This document shows, piece by piece, positions 20,755-30,988 of a stretch of DNA of 64,000 bases; within the stretch, counting starts at the first letter, position 1; every line of letters starts with the position of its first letter. The DNA comes from an uncultured virus (IMG/VR IMGVR_UViG_3300037067_011978) (taxonomy: Duplodnaviria > Heunggongvirae > Uroviricota > Caudoviricetes): IMG/VR virus record IMGVR_UViG_3300037067_011978. The stretch is one strand, 5' to 3'. Made by a program: the position numbers and the translations under genes. The notes under the pieces were generated by a model, which saw only the letters and a list, made by a program, of their open reading frames with translations, was not told the origin of the DNA and did not search any database.

Positions 20755-20865
20755 CCTATATAGAATATATAAATATGAATAGAGAATATCTAATAAATTA
20801 GATATATAGAAGCTTTCGCTTCTTATTATTTTATTTTTTAGGTACTTTTATTTTTTCTAGAGATA

Positions 20866-20998
20866 TGCTATAATACTTACGTTCAGAGGAAAAATTATCT
20901 AGTTATACAAGTTTTGACGACCTTGAATAATTAGTTCCTTTGATTCTAAAAACCCTTTAAGGCGAGTCGTCACGCCAAGAAGGGTTTTCCTTTTTTAT
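20866..20998 (+). promoter_or_regulatory. extended -10 promoter plus structured leader with complementary loops
   Basis: TGcTATAAT at 20866-20874; loop TGACGAC (20915-20921) complements loop GTCGTCA (20966-20972) of a terminator-like hairpin. Confidence 0.6.
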
Positions 20999-21014
20999 AA
21001 GGAGCTAAAAATCT

Positions 21015-21419
21015 ATGAAAGAAAATTTTAGTTTTATTATTCCTATTGGCGATAAATTAGATTCAATGATTGAATACAAACTATATGTTAATTTTTATGA
21101 AACTAAAAAAGAAATGTATGATGAGTTACATAAAGCAAAAAATAAGTCCGAATTAAGGATATTCTATCCTAGTGCATATTTTACTCCTGTTCTATTTGCA
21201 AAAGCTTCATATAGAAATATTGGGACCATATCGTTTTCAAAAGAAAAATTTGATATTGAATGTATTATCCATAAATCGTTTCATTGCATGTTAGAAGTTT
21301 ATAGAAAAATAAGTCCTGATTTTTTAAGTGATTATGAAGAAAGAATCGTTACTGGATGTGCTAGATTAGCGGGATTTTTATTTGAACAATTTGAAAATAA
21401 AATTACGAAAACAATATAA
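21015..21419 (+). CDS. hypothetical protein (degenerate zincin-like motif)
   Basis: 134 aa with AAGGAG RBS; IIHKSFH resembles HExxH but lacks the Glu. Confidence 0.55.
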   Translation: MKENFSFIIPIGDKLDSMIEYKLYVNFYETKKEMYDELHKAKNKSELRIFYPSAYFTPVLFAKASYRNIGTISFSKEKFDIECIIHKSFHCMLEVYRKISPDFLSDYEERIVTGCARLAGFLFEQFENKITKTI

Positions 21420-21422
21420 ATT

Positions 21423-22706
21423 ATGAATGATTTATCTATAAAACCAAAACAAGTATTACTAGGATTATATAGAAAAGAAATATGGGATAATTATCAATTT
21501 ACTATTGTTGAACTATTTGTTTTTGATAGATTTTTTAATTGGGCTTTATCTGAACAAATGGCATTTATTGAAATAAAAGACAATAGATTGTTTCTAATTG
21601 ATTATAAAACAATTGCACCATCATGGGGAATGACGACTTTCTATCTAAAGAAAATAATGCTTCATCTTTCTGGTTCACTTCCTAAAGATGTTTCAACTAA
21701 TCTAAAATACCCATTAATAAGAATAACTAAACAAAATACAAATAATAAATGGTATTCATATTATGGATTTGAAAAAGGCGTAATGAATACCATAATGTCA
21801 TGGGAAACAATAAATCCTAATCGAAGAAAATACTTGGAGGGATTTGTGAATAATAATGGATTATTTTCTAGTCAAGATTTGATAGCATTGAATCCACCTA
21901 AATATGATAAAAATAAAATAATAGGTAAATTACTCCCAAAGGTAGAATCTATTTTAATTGAAATGAAAAAATTGATGATAAATGATAAAAAAACATTGTT
22001 TAGTTTTACGTTGCCAATGGATCACAATATTCATACAGAAAGCATGAAACATTTTCAGAGTTATCTTTTAGACTTACACGAAGGAATCTTTATAAAAAAC
22101 AATAAGGTAAAAGATGAATTTATAGAAAGAAACAATTTCTATATTAATGATAAAAGTTACAATAAAATAAGAGAATGTAAAGGCAATTGGGATAAAATAT
22201 ATGAATTATTAATTTCTTCCTCAGGACATTTTCTCACGTGGTTTGAAACTGGACGAGAGCCACAAAGTAAAAAGTGGCTTTTTAATTATAGAGATATCGG
22301 GACTTATATGTTTGATCCTATGAATAAAAATTCTATGTTTCTTGTTTCATTATTAAAAGATTCTAGCTCATTACGTGAAGTAATTGCCGAAAATACCTAT
22401 AATCGTTTGCCTAGTTATATTCAAAACAAGTTTATAGATTTTTACAATGATGAATGGGATGGTCTAGCATATTGGAATAGAATATATTCAGTTTATAAAT
22501 GGTATAAAGACAACGCTGATGATTTGATTAAAGAAAATATTAATTACAGATATTGGCTAGATGGCGGAATTGAAAAGTTTATGGAAGAATATTATGATTT
22601 CATAAATAATTTGGGGCAGAAATTTTTGAAACATTTTGGAACGAAATGCAGAACTTGGAATTGGTTTATTAATGATAAAAAAGAAGAGCATGGAATAAAT
22701 GAATGA
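21423..22706 (+). CDS. large hypothetical protein (possible replication initiator)
   Basis: 427-aa ORF downstream of the tandem-repeat/AT-rich region; function inferred from position only. Confidence 0.45.
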   Translation: MNDLSIKPKQVLLGLYRKEIWDNYQFTIVELFVFDRFFNWALSEQMAFIEIKDNRLFLIDYKTIAPSWGMTTFYLKKIMLHLSGSLPKDVSTNLKYPLIRITKQNTNNKWYSYYGFEKGVMNTIMSWETINPNRRKYLEGFVNNNGLFSSQDLIALNPPKYDKNKIIGKLLPKVESILIEMKKLMINDKKTLFSFTLPMDHNIHTESMKHFQSYLLDLHEGIFIKNNKVKDEFIERNNFYINDKSYNKIRECKGNWDKIYELLISSSGHFLTWFETGREPQSKKWLFNYRDIGTYMFDPMNKNSMFLVSLLKDSSSLREVIAENTYNRLPSYIQNKFIDFYNDEWDGLAYWNRIYSVYKWYKDNADDLIKENINYRYWLDGGIEKFMEEYYDFINNLGQKFLKHFGTKCRTWNWFINDKKEEHGINE

Positions 22707-23297
22707 CTAAAAAAGAAAAAATATTAATTCAAAAAGCAATTGATCTAATACACATGGATGATAATTATGAAGAAGGTATGGATATTTTAAAAAGATTAAT
22801 TGATCCTAAATGGATAAGCCCTATTGATAATTTGCGTAATATTGATTTAAAAACTATTAATTCTAGAGAGATAGCCCTAAATAAAAGATGAATAAACCAT
22901 CTTATAAGGCATGTCAGCAAATCCATTTTAATAAACGCATGAGGCAACGCTTACATATAGATTTTAATAGGCATAAAACGCATGAAATTATTTTACAAAT
23001 TACAGAAAAGAAAAACAGAAAAGACAATTCTTTAACATTTTACAAAAAAGCATTTGAAAATCGGCAATGGTGGAAGGGAAAGATAAATGGAACTGAGGTT
23101 TATTTTTTATTTGATAAAAACACGAAGCGGATCGTAACAGTTTTGACAGAAAAGCCAAGATGAAAATCAAATCGCTATATAACGATCTAAAGCTTGGACG
23201 TATCCTTTTACCTTTTCGCGTAGAAAACGGCGTAGCACTTAAATAATTCTATCAATAAAAAAGATTTAATTAAGCAATGAAGATGAAAAAAGGCATT

Positions 23298-23319
23298 CTA
23301 CTTAACATTTGTTAAGTAG
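23298..23319. promoter_or_regulatory. 22-bp palindromic operator-like site
   Basis: CTACTTAACA-TT-TGTTAAGTAG with perfect 10-bp arms. Confidence 0.7.
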
Positions 23320-23367
23320 TTTTTTGAATAAATCGTATAAAATCGGTTAAATAATTGTTTTTAATCC

Positions 23368-23426
23368 TTTACAGGAAGCGCTTATATGATATAATTAGGG
23401 TAGGTTTTGATTGATAGGAGGTTGAT
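23368..23426 (+). promoter_or_regulatory. sigma70-type early promoter with conserved leader/RBS
   Basis: TTTACA-N16-TATAAT with TGn extension; TTGATTGATAGGAGG leader. Confidence 0.8.
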
Positions 23427-24141
23427 ATGAAAGTAGATTTAAGGAGTATATCGAAACGAAATAGCGGTGCTTTGAAGAGGAGTTTTGGAAAATGTGATAT
23501 AACCAAAACTCATTATATTTGGCTTGTTCCTGGAAAAGAAGATTTAATTTATACCAATAATAAAAACTATATCCCCGAAAACGGAACCTTACTTGATATG
23601 GTAAAAATATGACGCCTTGGCGAACCAAGTACAATCACAAGTTCATAAAGGCAGCGAAAATCTGTCAGTCATTCGGCATGGTCGAAACTGCCGATAGCGT
23701 AGCAGAGTTTTGCATTATGGCAGATGATGGTTTACTAGACCTTATCTCAGCTAGGGAAATTGCCGAGGAAATGGCGGAGTATTGCGGAGTTAATACTTTA
23801 GGATATGCGACGTTATAAAAGATCGCTTAGGACGGTCTTAAATCGAGGTTATGGAGTATAAAAGATGGGTAAGTTAACGCTGACGGAAGCGGTACAAATG
23901 ATGGAAAAAATCAACGAATCAAATAAAAATAAAAGGCCTTATGTTGGGATAAAAGATCGGGGTATTTGGGAATGGGAAGTTGAAGATAAATATATTCTTC
24001 GCTCTCATGTCAATGTTTATTCCAAAACCTGGTCTCGCCGAGTATCAAGACTCTATAACACCGAGGGAGAATTACCAAGATGGTTCAACCTCGCCGAAGC
24101 CAAAAGGCTTCTCAAAGTAGCCGTTTTAGCTTAATCGTTAT

Positions 24142-24175
24142 TAACCAGGGATGAAATATTCCCTGGTTATTTTTT
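24142..24175 (+). terminator. intrinsic terminator
   Basis: TAACCAGGGA...TCCCTGGTTA plus T-tract. Confidence 0.75.
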
Positions 24176-24379
24176 AAGGAAAACATGAAAGATATTCCAG
24201 AAGAAATTGTAAAATTGAAATCTTTATTGGATTCTTTGGAAGCGTTTATTATCGAAAATTCTGATGATTTTACTACCTATGAAGCAAATGCCTTTAGATC
24301 AGTGATGAATAATATTTTATCGATTCAAAACGTTAAAATAGAAGAAATTAGAAATAAAATGAAAAAATAAACAAAAAGG

Positions 24380-24444
24380 CTTTACAAAACAAAAATATAC
24401 GATATAATGTTATTAGGTTTTGATTGATAAGGAGTTTTGAATGA
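24380..24444 (+). promoter_or_regulatory. early promoter/RBS cassette, copy 1 of a 65-bp repeat
   Basis: CTTTACAAAACAAAAATATACGATATAATGTTATTAGGTTTTGATTGATAAGGAGTTTTGAATGA. Confidence 0.85.
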
Positions 24445-24974
24445 GACTTGAAAAGGCGGAACTTCGAGCGGCTTTTATAAAATCCTTTATTGATAAACTT
24501 GGCGACGTAAAAAATTGGAATCATACTGGAAATGTTATCGATCTTAAGAAACCTACCGGATTTTGTATTTGTGGACATGCTATCCGTTATATGTATGAAT
24601 TAAAAAACAACGAAAAACTAGCTTATGTTGGTTCTGAATGCATAAATCATTTTCAGGATTATTCACCTGAATTGTTTGATTCACTAAATAAAACAATCGA
24701 AAAAATGAAAGATGAAGAAAAAAGGGCAAAAGAACTTTTATTAAATGAAGAAATCCAAAAAATACTTATTCCTTATAGGGAAAATGTTATTAAGATAAAA
24801 AAATGGTTTAACAAAAAATACGAACACGCTTATTGTTATGATTATCCATTATATAAATCAATTCACGATCTAAAAATAGAACCCAAAAAGAACTATAAAT
24901 CCTTAAAAAGCCTATTAAACTGGTATAATAAAAACAATAAAATTACGTTAGAAATAATTGCTAAATATTTATAA
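24441..24974 (+). CDS. hypothetical early protein with putative Zn-binding motif
   Basis: CICGHAI...VGSECINHF. Confidence 0.65.
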   Translation: MRLEKAELRAAFIKSFIDKLGDVKNWNHTGNVIDLKKPTGFCICGHAIRYMYELKNNEKLAYVGSECINHFQDYSPELFDSLNKTIEKMKDEEKRAKELLLNEEIQKILIPYRENVIKIKKWFNKKYEHAYCYDYPLYKSIHDLKIEPKKNYKSLKSLLNWYNKNNKITLEIIAKYL

Positions 24975-24980
24975 AAAGTC

Positions 24981-25045
24981 CTTTACAAAACAAAAATATA
25001 TGATATAATGTTATTAGGTTTTGATTGATAAGGAGTTTTGAATGA
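24981..25045 (+). promoter_or_regulatory. early promoter/RBS cassette, copy 2
   Basis: One mismatch versus 24380-24444. Confidence 0.85.
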
Positions 25046-25200
25046 AGTTTGAATTTAGACTTTGTGAAGGTGATTATCCTCCTAAAATACTCGGAATATA
25101 TCCTAATAAAAAATCTGCTACTATCGCAGAAGAACAATTTTATAAAGAAAACGAAAATAACGATCGTCAATGTTCAATAAGAAAAGTTGGTGTAAAATGA
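25042..25200 (+). CDS. small early protein (not in ORF track)
   Basis: 52-aa ORF MKFEFRLCEGDYPP... directly after the cassette RBS; ATGA overlap with next gene. Confidence 0.7.
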   Translation: MKFEFRLCEGDYPPKILGIYPNKKSATIAEEQFYKENENNDRQCSIRKVGVK

Positions 25201-25868
25201 AGTTTTTTAGCAAGGCCAGAACGATTGAAGAAGCGAAAGCACTTTATAAAAAGTTAGCCTTGGAAAACCATCCTGATAAGGGCGGAGAAACTTCTGTAAT
25301 GCAGGAAATAAATGCCGAGTTCGAACTTGCCTTTTCCTTTCTCAAACATCAATCAAAAATAATCATAGAAAAAGAAGATACTTCCGAAAATTTCACAAGA
25401 CACTTTTATACTCAAAATGGTTGGGAAGGCTCAAGATATGACAGAAATCTTCGCACAAAGGATATTTCTAAAATCATGCGCGAATATGTAAAATCGGTTT
25501 ATCCTACCTGGAAATTTTCAATTCGTATGGATCATAGATCAATTTATATTTATGTCATGGAAGCGCCGATGGATATTTTTACTCTTGAGGGATACGAACA
25601 TATTACTAATGGTAATCATCAATTAAATCATTATTATTTAGAAAATGATTCTTGGATAACTGATTATTGCAAAATGGTTTTGAAAGACATTTATTCGATG
25701 CTTAATTCTTATAATTATGACGATTCAGATTCCATGATTGATTATTTTTCAACCAATTTTTATGTAAACATGGGAATCGGAAAATGGGATAAGCCTTTCC
25801 AGATAGTAGAAAAAACCGCGAGGATACAGAAAACTGAAGAGACAAATGCCAAAAGGATCGAGGCATGA
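25197..25868 (+). CDS. J-domain protein fused to an LPD29-like domain
   Basis: YKKLALENHPDKGG...MQEINAEF (HPD motif); C-terminal NSYNYDDSDSMIDYFSTNFY. Confidence 0.75.
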   Translation: MKFFSKARTIEEAKALYKKLALENHPDKGGETSVMQEINAEFELAFSFLKHQSKIIIEKEDTSENFTRHFYTQNGWEGSRYDRNLRTKDISKIMREYVKSVYPTWKFSIRMDHRSIYIYVMEAPMDIFTLEGYEHITNGNHQLNHYYLENDSWITDYCKMVLKDIYSMLNSYNYDDSDSMIDYFSTNFYVNMGIGKWDKPFQIVEKTARIQKTEETNAKRIEA

Positions 25869-26400
25869 AAAATAAATGCGAATATCTTATTTGGGAAGAT
25901 AAGACAGATTATAAGTGTTTAATAGGAGAATCAATAATCCCATATAAGGGTATGATTGGAAGATTGCGAGAATGTGGAGAAGAAGGTAAAGAATATTCTG
26001 TTTATAAAAAGATGAAGAAAGGAAAACCAGAAGGAGCAAAACACAATGTTTGCCTTTGTGAAAAACATTATGAATTGGTTTTAGATAATACTGTAAAGAT
26101 TAAGGAGGAAATATGAAACTATTTGGGTATGAAATCACTATTAAGAAAATACAAAGTTATAAAACTCCTATTGAAAAAGCAAAGGAAGTTATAATAAAAT
26201 ATTACAATGAAAACAAAAATTACTTTAATTGTGGTTCAGATATAGAAATATCAAATAGAAAAATAGAATTAATTAAAATGGCAAGAAGTAATTTAGGAAT
26301 AGACAAAAACGGCATTTGTCTTTTAGGATTAAAAGAATTAAAAGAATTAGTTGAAAGCATGTTTGATTCTAAAATAAAATTTCTAGAATAGTAAATAATT

Positions 26401-26474
26401 GGACCGTTAGCTCAGTTGGCTAGAGCAACACACTTTTAATGTGTAGGTTATTGGTTCGATTCCAATACGGTTCA
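26401..26474 (+). tRNA. tRNA-Lys(UUU)
   Basis: Cloverleaf: GGACCGT/ACGGTTC acceptor, ACACA-CTTTTAA-TGTGT anticodon arm, GTTCGATTC T-loop; no encoded CCA. Confidence 0.93.
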
Positions 26475-26482
26475 AGTTTCTT

Positions 26483-26556
26483 GGCTCCGTAGTCCAACTG
26501 GCAGTGACAAGGGACTTAAAATCCCTCAAGTATGGGTTCGAATCCCATCGGAGCTA
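26483..26556 (+). tRNA. tRNA-Leu(UAA) with short variable loop
   Basis: GGCTCCG/CGGAGCT acceptor, AGGGA-CTTAAAA-TCCCT anticodon arm, GTTCGAATC T-loop, discriminator A. Confidence 0.88.
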
Positions 26557-27501
26557 GTAAGTTTTATTTAGGAGGAAATTATGGATTTTGATAACGAAGA
26601 TAATGAATTGGATAATCTTTTAATGAATATGAATATGGGATTGCTTCCTGAGAATCTTTGTCAATCTGAAATAGAATTATTAGAACAAAAATATGGCAAT
26701 AATTGGTTTGAAAAATTAGGCTATTCCGAACCTAAATACAAGAAGCCATTAAATGCCTAAGCAAAAAAGAAAATCTCCCGTATGGCGATGGGCATTAGAA
26801 AATGACAAGGTGATGCCAGTATTTTATTCCGAAAAGGAAGAGTATAAGGATATTAAGACCTGGAAAAATATCAATGACGTTCCAATTAGGAGGAAAAAAT
26901 GAATCCAGATACCAAGGACGTTTATGAAGAAAATAAAGAATTAAAGGAAATTGTAAGTGAACTACAAAGGGAATTATCAATAGCTAAAAATAAAATTGCT
27001 GATCTTACATACGCAATTATGGGGCATTCTTTAAGTTATTAGGAGGAACTATGAAGAACAGTAAGCAAGAACAAATGTTTTATAATGTAGCAAAACAATA
27101 TGTATTAAAACAGGATTATCTATCAGGCGAAAAGGATGAAGGTGAAATTGAATTATTGAATGAAGAAATCAGGATTCTTTCAGGGAAAATAAAACATTAT
27201 CTTTTCAAACTATGGAAAGAACAAAAGATCATTATTGTTTGGGATAAGGAGGAAGTGAAATGAATAGCAGATATTTTGATAATGATTTATTTGAGAATTT
27301 AGTCAATCAGGTTTGTCAAAAGGAAACTAGAATACTTGGCGGGATATTAATAGGCCCGTCAGATAATAATGATTATATAGAAATGTGGGAAAGGCTTTTA
27401 ACAGAAAAGAAAAAGGAAATAAAGGATATGGAAATTGCGATCAGCCTATTAAAATTGGCTAATGAGTTAAAAGTAAAATATGTAGATTCAGAAGAAGACA
27501 A

Positions 27502-28086
27502 ATGACTAAAAAATATGCCACTAAACAGTTTACCCAATTTCTTCCCATGATTGAAAAAGCATGTTGGCATTATTATAGAAAATATCATTTAGATAGGGCA
27601 GATATCGAAAGTCAAGCGTTTTTAATTTTCTGTAATGCTATAGAAAAATTAGATATAAAAAAAGCTTCATTCTCTACATATTTATTTAATGAATTAAAAA
27701 GATTAGATAGGTATTGTAAATATGAATTTCAGAAAGAAAATAAGGATGTTATTAGGATAAAAAAAATGCATAAAAATGGTTATGGTAAAAATGTTTTTGT
27801 AGATAGAATTGAAGTCCCTGATATTTTACAATATGATATTTTTGATAAAGTAATAACGAAAATGGATTATGAAATCAGTTTATCAAATGATGCTAAGGAA
27901 ATCGTCAAATATATACTTTCAAGGGAATGGGAAAGAATTGAAACAAATTGGAAACCTAGTTTTAGTTATATACAAAAAAAGTATTTAGAAAATGATTGGA
28001 CAAAAAATAGAATTGTTAAGGCTTGGCAAGAAATAAAGGAATGGTGGCAAGGTTCTAATAAAGATCAATTTTGTATGGAGGTATGA
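27502..28086 (+). CDS. RNA polymerase sigma-factor-like protein
   Basis: Region-2-like pattern PMIEKAC...DIESQAFLIFCNAIEKLD..KASFSTYL. Confidence 0.6.
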   Translation: MTKKYATKQFTQFLPMIEKACWHYYRKYHLDRADIESQAFLIFCNAIEKLDIKKASFSTYLFNELKRLDRYCKYEFQKENKDVIRIKKMHKNGYGKNVFVDRIEVPDILQYDIFDKVITKMDYEISLSNDAKEIVKYILSREWERIETNWKPSFSYIQKKYLENDWTKNRIVKAWQEIKEWWQGSNKDQFCMEV

Positions 28087-28464
28087 AAATGAGAGATTTT
28101 GATATTGAAATTGTGGGTGGGACTATTTTTATTATCTATAATGAACAATCAATAGGTAGAATCATTCCAGTTGAAAACAATGAAAGCGAAAAATTAATAA
28201 AAGAATTCATAGAAAGAGTTAATAATGCCTAAAGGAAGGCAAAAAGGCTACAAGCGATCCCAGGCCGAAATTGACAAGGAGGTTTTATGATACCGTTTAA
28301 GATGGATTATTTTTGTAGAGGCATAGAAAATCATATTCTATATATTGAATCAAATATATTTCATACTTTTTGTTATTCAGAACATGGTGATTGCATATTT
28401 AATGAAGAAGATTGTTCAGCTGTTAAATTGGTTGATTTTATATTTAATCTAAGGGAAGGTAAAT

Positions 28465-28902
28465 ATGGGCAGGCCTAAAGGTTTTGTTTTAAGCGATGAA
28501 CAAAAAGCCAAGATGCAAGCAGGAAGAAAGAATAAAAAATTAAATGCTCCTAAGCCCATTAAAATAGTAACAAGCGGACATAAAGGAAGGCCGAAAGGCA
28601 CAAAACGTTCTCAAGAAGAAATTGATAAAGCTAGAATAACAAGAAAGGCAAATATAGAAAAAAGATCAAAAGAAAAAATCATAGGAAAACCCGTATTAAA
28701 AATAAGCAGAAAATGGAAAAATGGATTTGATTTTTGGCCAGCGATGAGAAATATTTTAAGACCATTACATAGAAATCTTGAATGTAAAAAGATAGAAAAA
28801 GAAATTGTAAACCCTAAAATATGGGAAGATAGAGATGAAGTAATAAAAATACTAGAAAATTATTTCATTCTTGAGAATAAAAAGGTTAAAGATAGTATAT
28901 AA
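28465..28902 (+). CDS. basic protein with repeated GRPKG (AT-hook/NUMOD3-like) motifs
   Basis: GRPKGFVLSDEQKAKM and GRPKGTKRSQEEIDK. Confidence 0.55.
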   Translation: MGRPKGFVLSDEQKAKMQAGRKNKKLNAPKPIKIVTSGHKGRPKGTKRSQEEIDKARITRKANIEKRSKEKIIGKPVLKISRKWKNGFDFWPAMRNILRPLHRNLECKKIEKEIVNPKIWEDRDEVIKILENYFILENKKVKDSI

Positions 28903-28903
28903 T
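28886..28903 (+). promoter_or_regulatory. AAAGAT-class promoter
   Basis: TTAAAGATAGTATATAAT upstream of AGGAGG. Confidence 0.6.
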
Positions 28904-30055
28904 ATCTTTTGATAGGAGGATATTATGGATTATGTTATTGGGAATCTTCACAACATTAAAACAAATAGATATCATCCAATTGTATTTAGAACAAATCCTA
29001 TACCTAGCGATCCTGAAAATGAAATGGGAAGAACAAAGTCAATCGGGCATCATACAACTGGATTTGATACTAGAGATTTAGCCATTGAGGAATGTAATAA
29101 TATTGCTAATAAAACTAATGGGCAATTATGTATTGAAAAAGATTTTATATGGGATGGTGAAGATATTCCAGTAATGGTAACTTTTTTCAAAGAAATAGAT
29201 AATAAGCTTATCCTAATAATGTGATGTTAATTAATTTTTTAAGGAGAATATTATGAACGATGAAATTGATTTTGAATCTGAAATTGCTAGTCACGAAAAA
29301 GCTGTTGTTTATTTTCGAGAATGTATCAATAAAGAAAATGATAAAATAAAATCATTGTATTTAGAATCCAATAATTTGCATGATTTTAAAAAAGGAAAAT
29401 TGTGTTGGTTTTGGGATAGTGAAGAAAACAACAAAAAAGTCAGGCCTATGATTCGCCCATATCATCATTCTGCAATTGTAGATAAAAAGAAAAGATATTA
29501 TTCTGCTGATTTGGAAGGTAATATAATTGGACATGGATGGAAAAATTGTAAAGAAGTCGAATTGATTGAAATAATAGATCGGCTTTTATAAGCAATATTT
29601 GATATTGCTATTTTGTTTTAAGGAGATTTTTATGGATCATCGAATGTACACGATAGCGAATGACGATCTTTTCTTCGCGGTACTAAAGCGGGCAAACATG
29701 GAAAAGTGTTGCGTAGAAAAAGTATTAGATGAATATACGCAAAAGGAACGAGATAGGGTTAACATTGGTGATCTTATTAAACTTTTGCTTGAAGTATATT
29801 CAAATGGTGATTATGCGATTAAAAATCTCGAATATTATAAAGAGAAATATAAGAAAAATAAGCTTGAAGGAAAGCTTATTACTATCGAAGAGAAAGTAGG
29901 AGCACCTGTTGAAGTACCGGCAGAAATGCCAGTTAATCCAATAGAGGAAAAGCCTAAGCGAAATCACAAAAAGAAGGCAGAAACTATTGAATCGACTATA
30001 CAAGAAGATTTTGATAGTGTAGCGGAAAAAGTGGGAGAATAATATGATAATGTTG

Positions 30056-30088
30056 TCCGCTTGCTAGATAATAAAGTTAGCAAGCGGA
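30056..30088 (+). other. intergenic stem-loop
   Basis: TCCGCTTGCTA/TAGCAAGCGGA 11-bp stem, no U-tract. Confidence 0.6.
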
Positions 30089-30988
30089 TATAAGGAAGTT
30101 AATATGAATGAATTAATTGAAATGCTTTATGGTTCAGAACTTACCAATAAAATATGGTTTCATTTTTGTAATTATATGAAACGTTGGTATTATAAAAAAG
30201 AAAAACATTTTTTATCAAAGGGGTGGTCAGATAGAGAATATAAGGCCTTTGATTCTTCTAAAATGTTAGGGTATTCCGCAATGCAAAAAGTTGAACGTTA
30301 TGAAAAGAAGTATGGTGGAATTAAAATCGTTTATGTAGATGATAATGTTTTTGCAGGATCAATGCTTGTTTTAATTCCTCACGATAAAATGGGAATAACC
30401 GTAATTTTCATTCCGCAATGTACTGATGAAAAAGATATTTTCTTTTTGTATCCTAATCATATAAAACAATTGAATAAAACTATTGATGAGATAAAAATAG
30501 AATATAGTTTGAAGGATTGGTGATAATATGACAACAAATAATTCTGAAATTGTACTAAATATTGGAGATGCTTTTTATGATAAGAATTATAAAAAATACG
30601 TTGTAATTATTTTAGATAAAGAAGATGAACCACAAATAGTTACTAAATATTATGGAAAAGTAAAACAATATTGGCATTATGAAATTGAAGATTTATATAG
30701 TTTTAACAGAAGATTTAGACTTGGATTATACAAATTGAGCAGGAAAGATTTTGATTAACAAGGAGTTATTATGAGAATATCTTATTGGATTTGTAGCAGA
30801 CGGAATGGAGCTTTATGCACTATCGATTTTTATAGAGAAAAACATCCATTTTTAGGCAAATTTATTCCTGAATATATTTTATACAACTTTTTTAGATGGT
30901 ATAGTAGTAGTAAAATTGGAAAATATAGAGCGAAGAATAAAGATAGCCCAACAATAACTTCAGGTGGGATTCATTATCCTAATTAATT

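Noticed and set aside
30056..30088. Intrinsic terminator
   Set aside because: Good stem but no U-tract on either strand; kept only as a stem-loop
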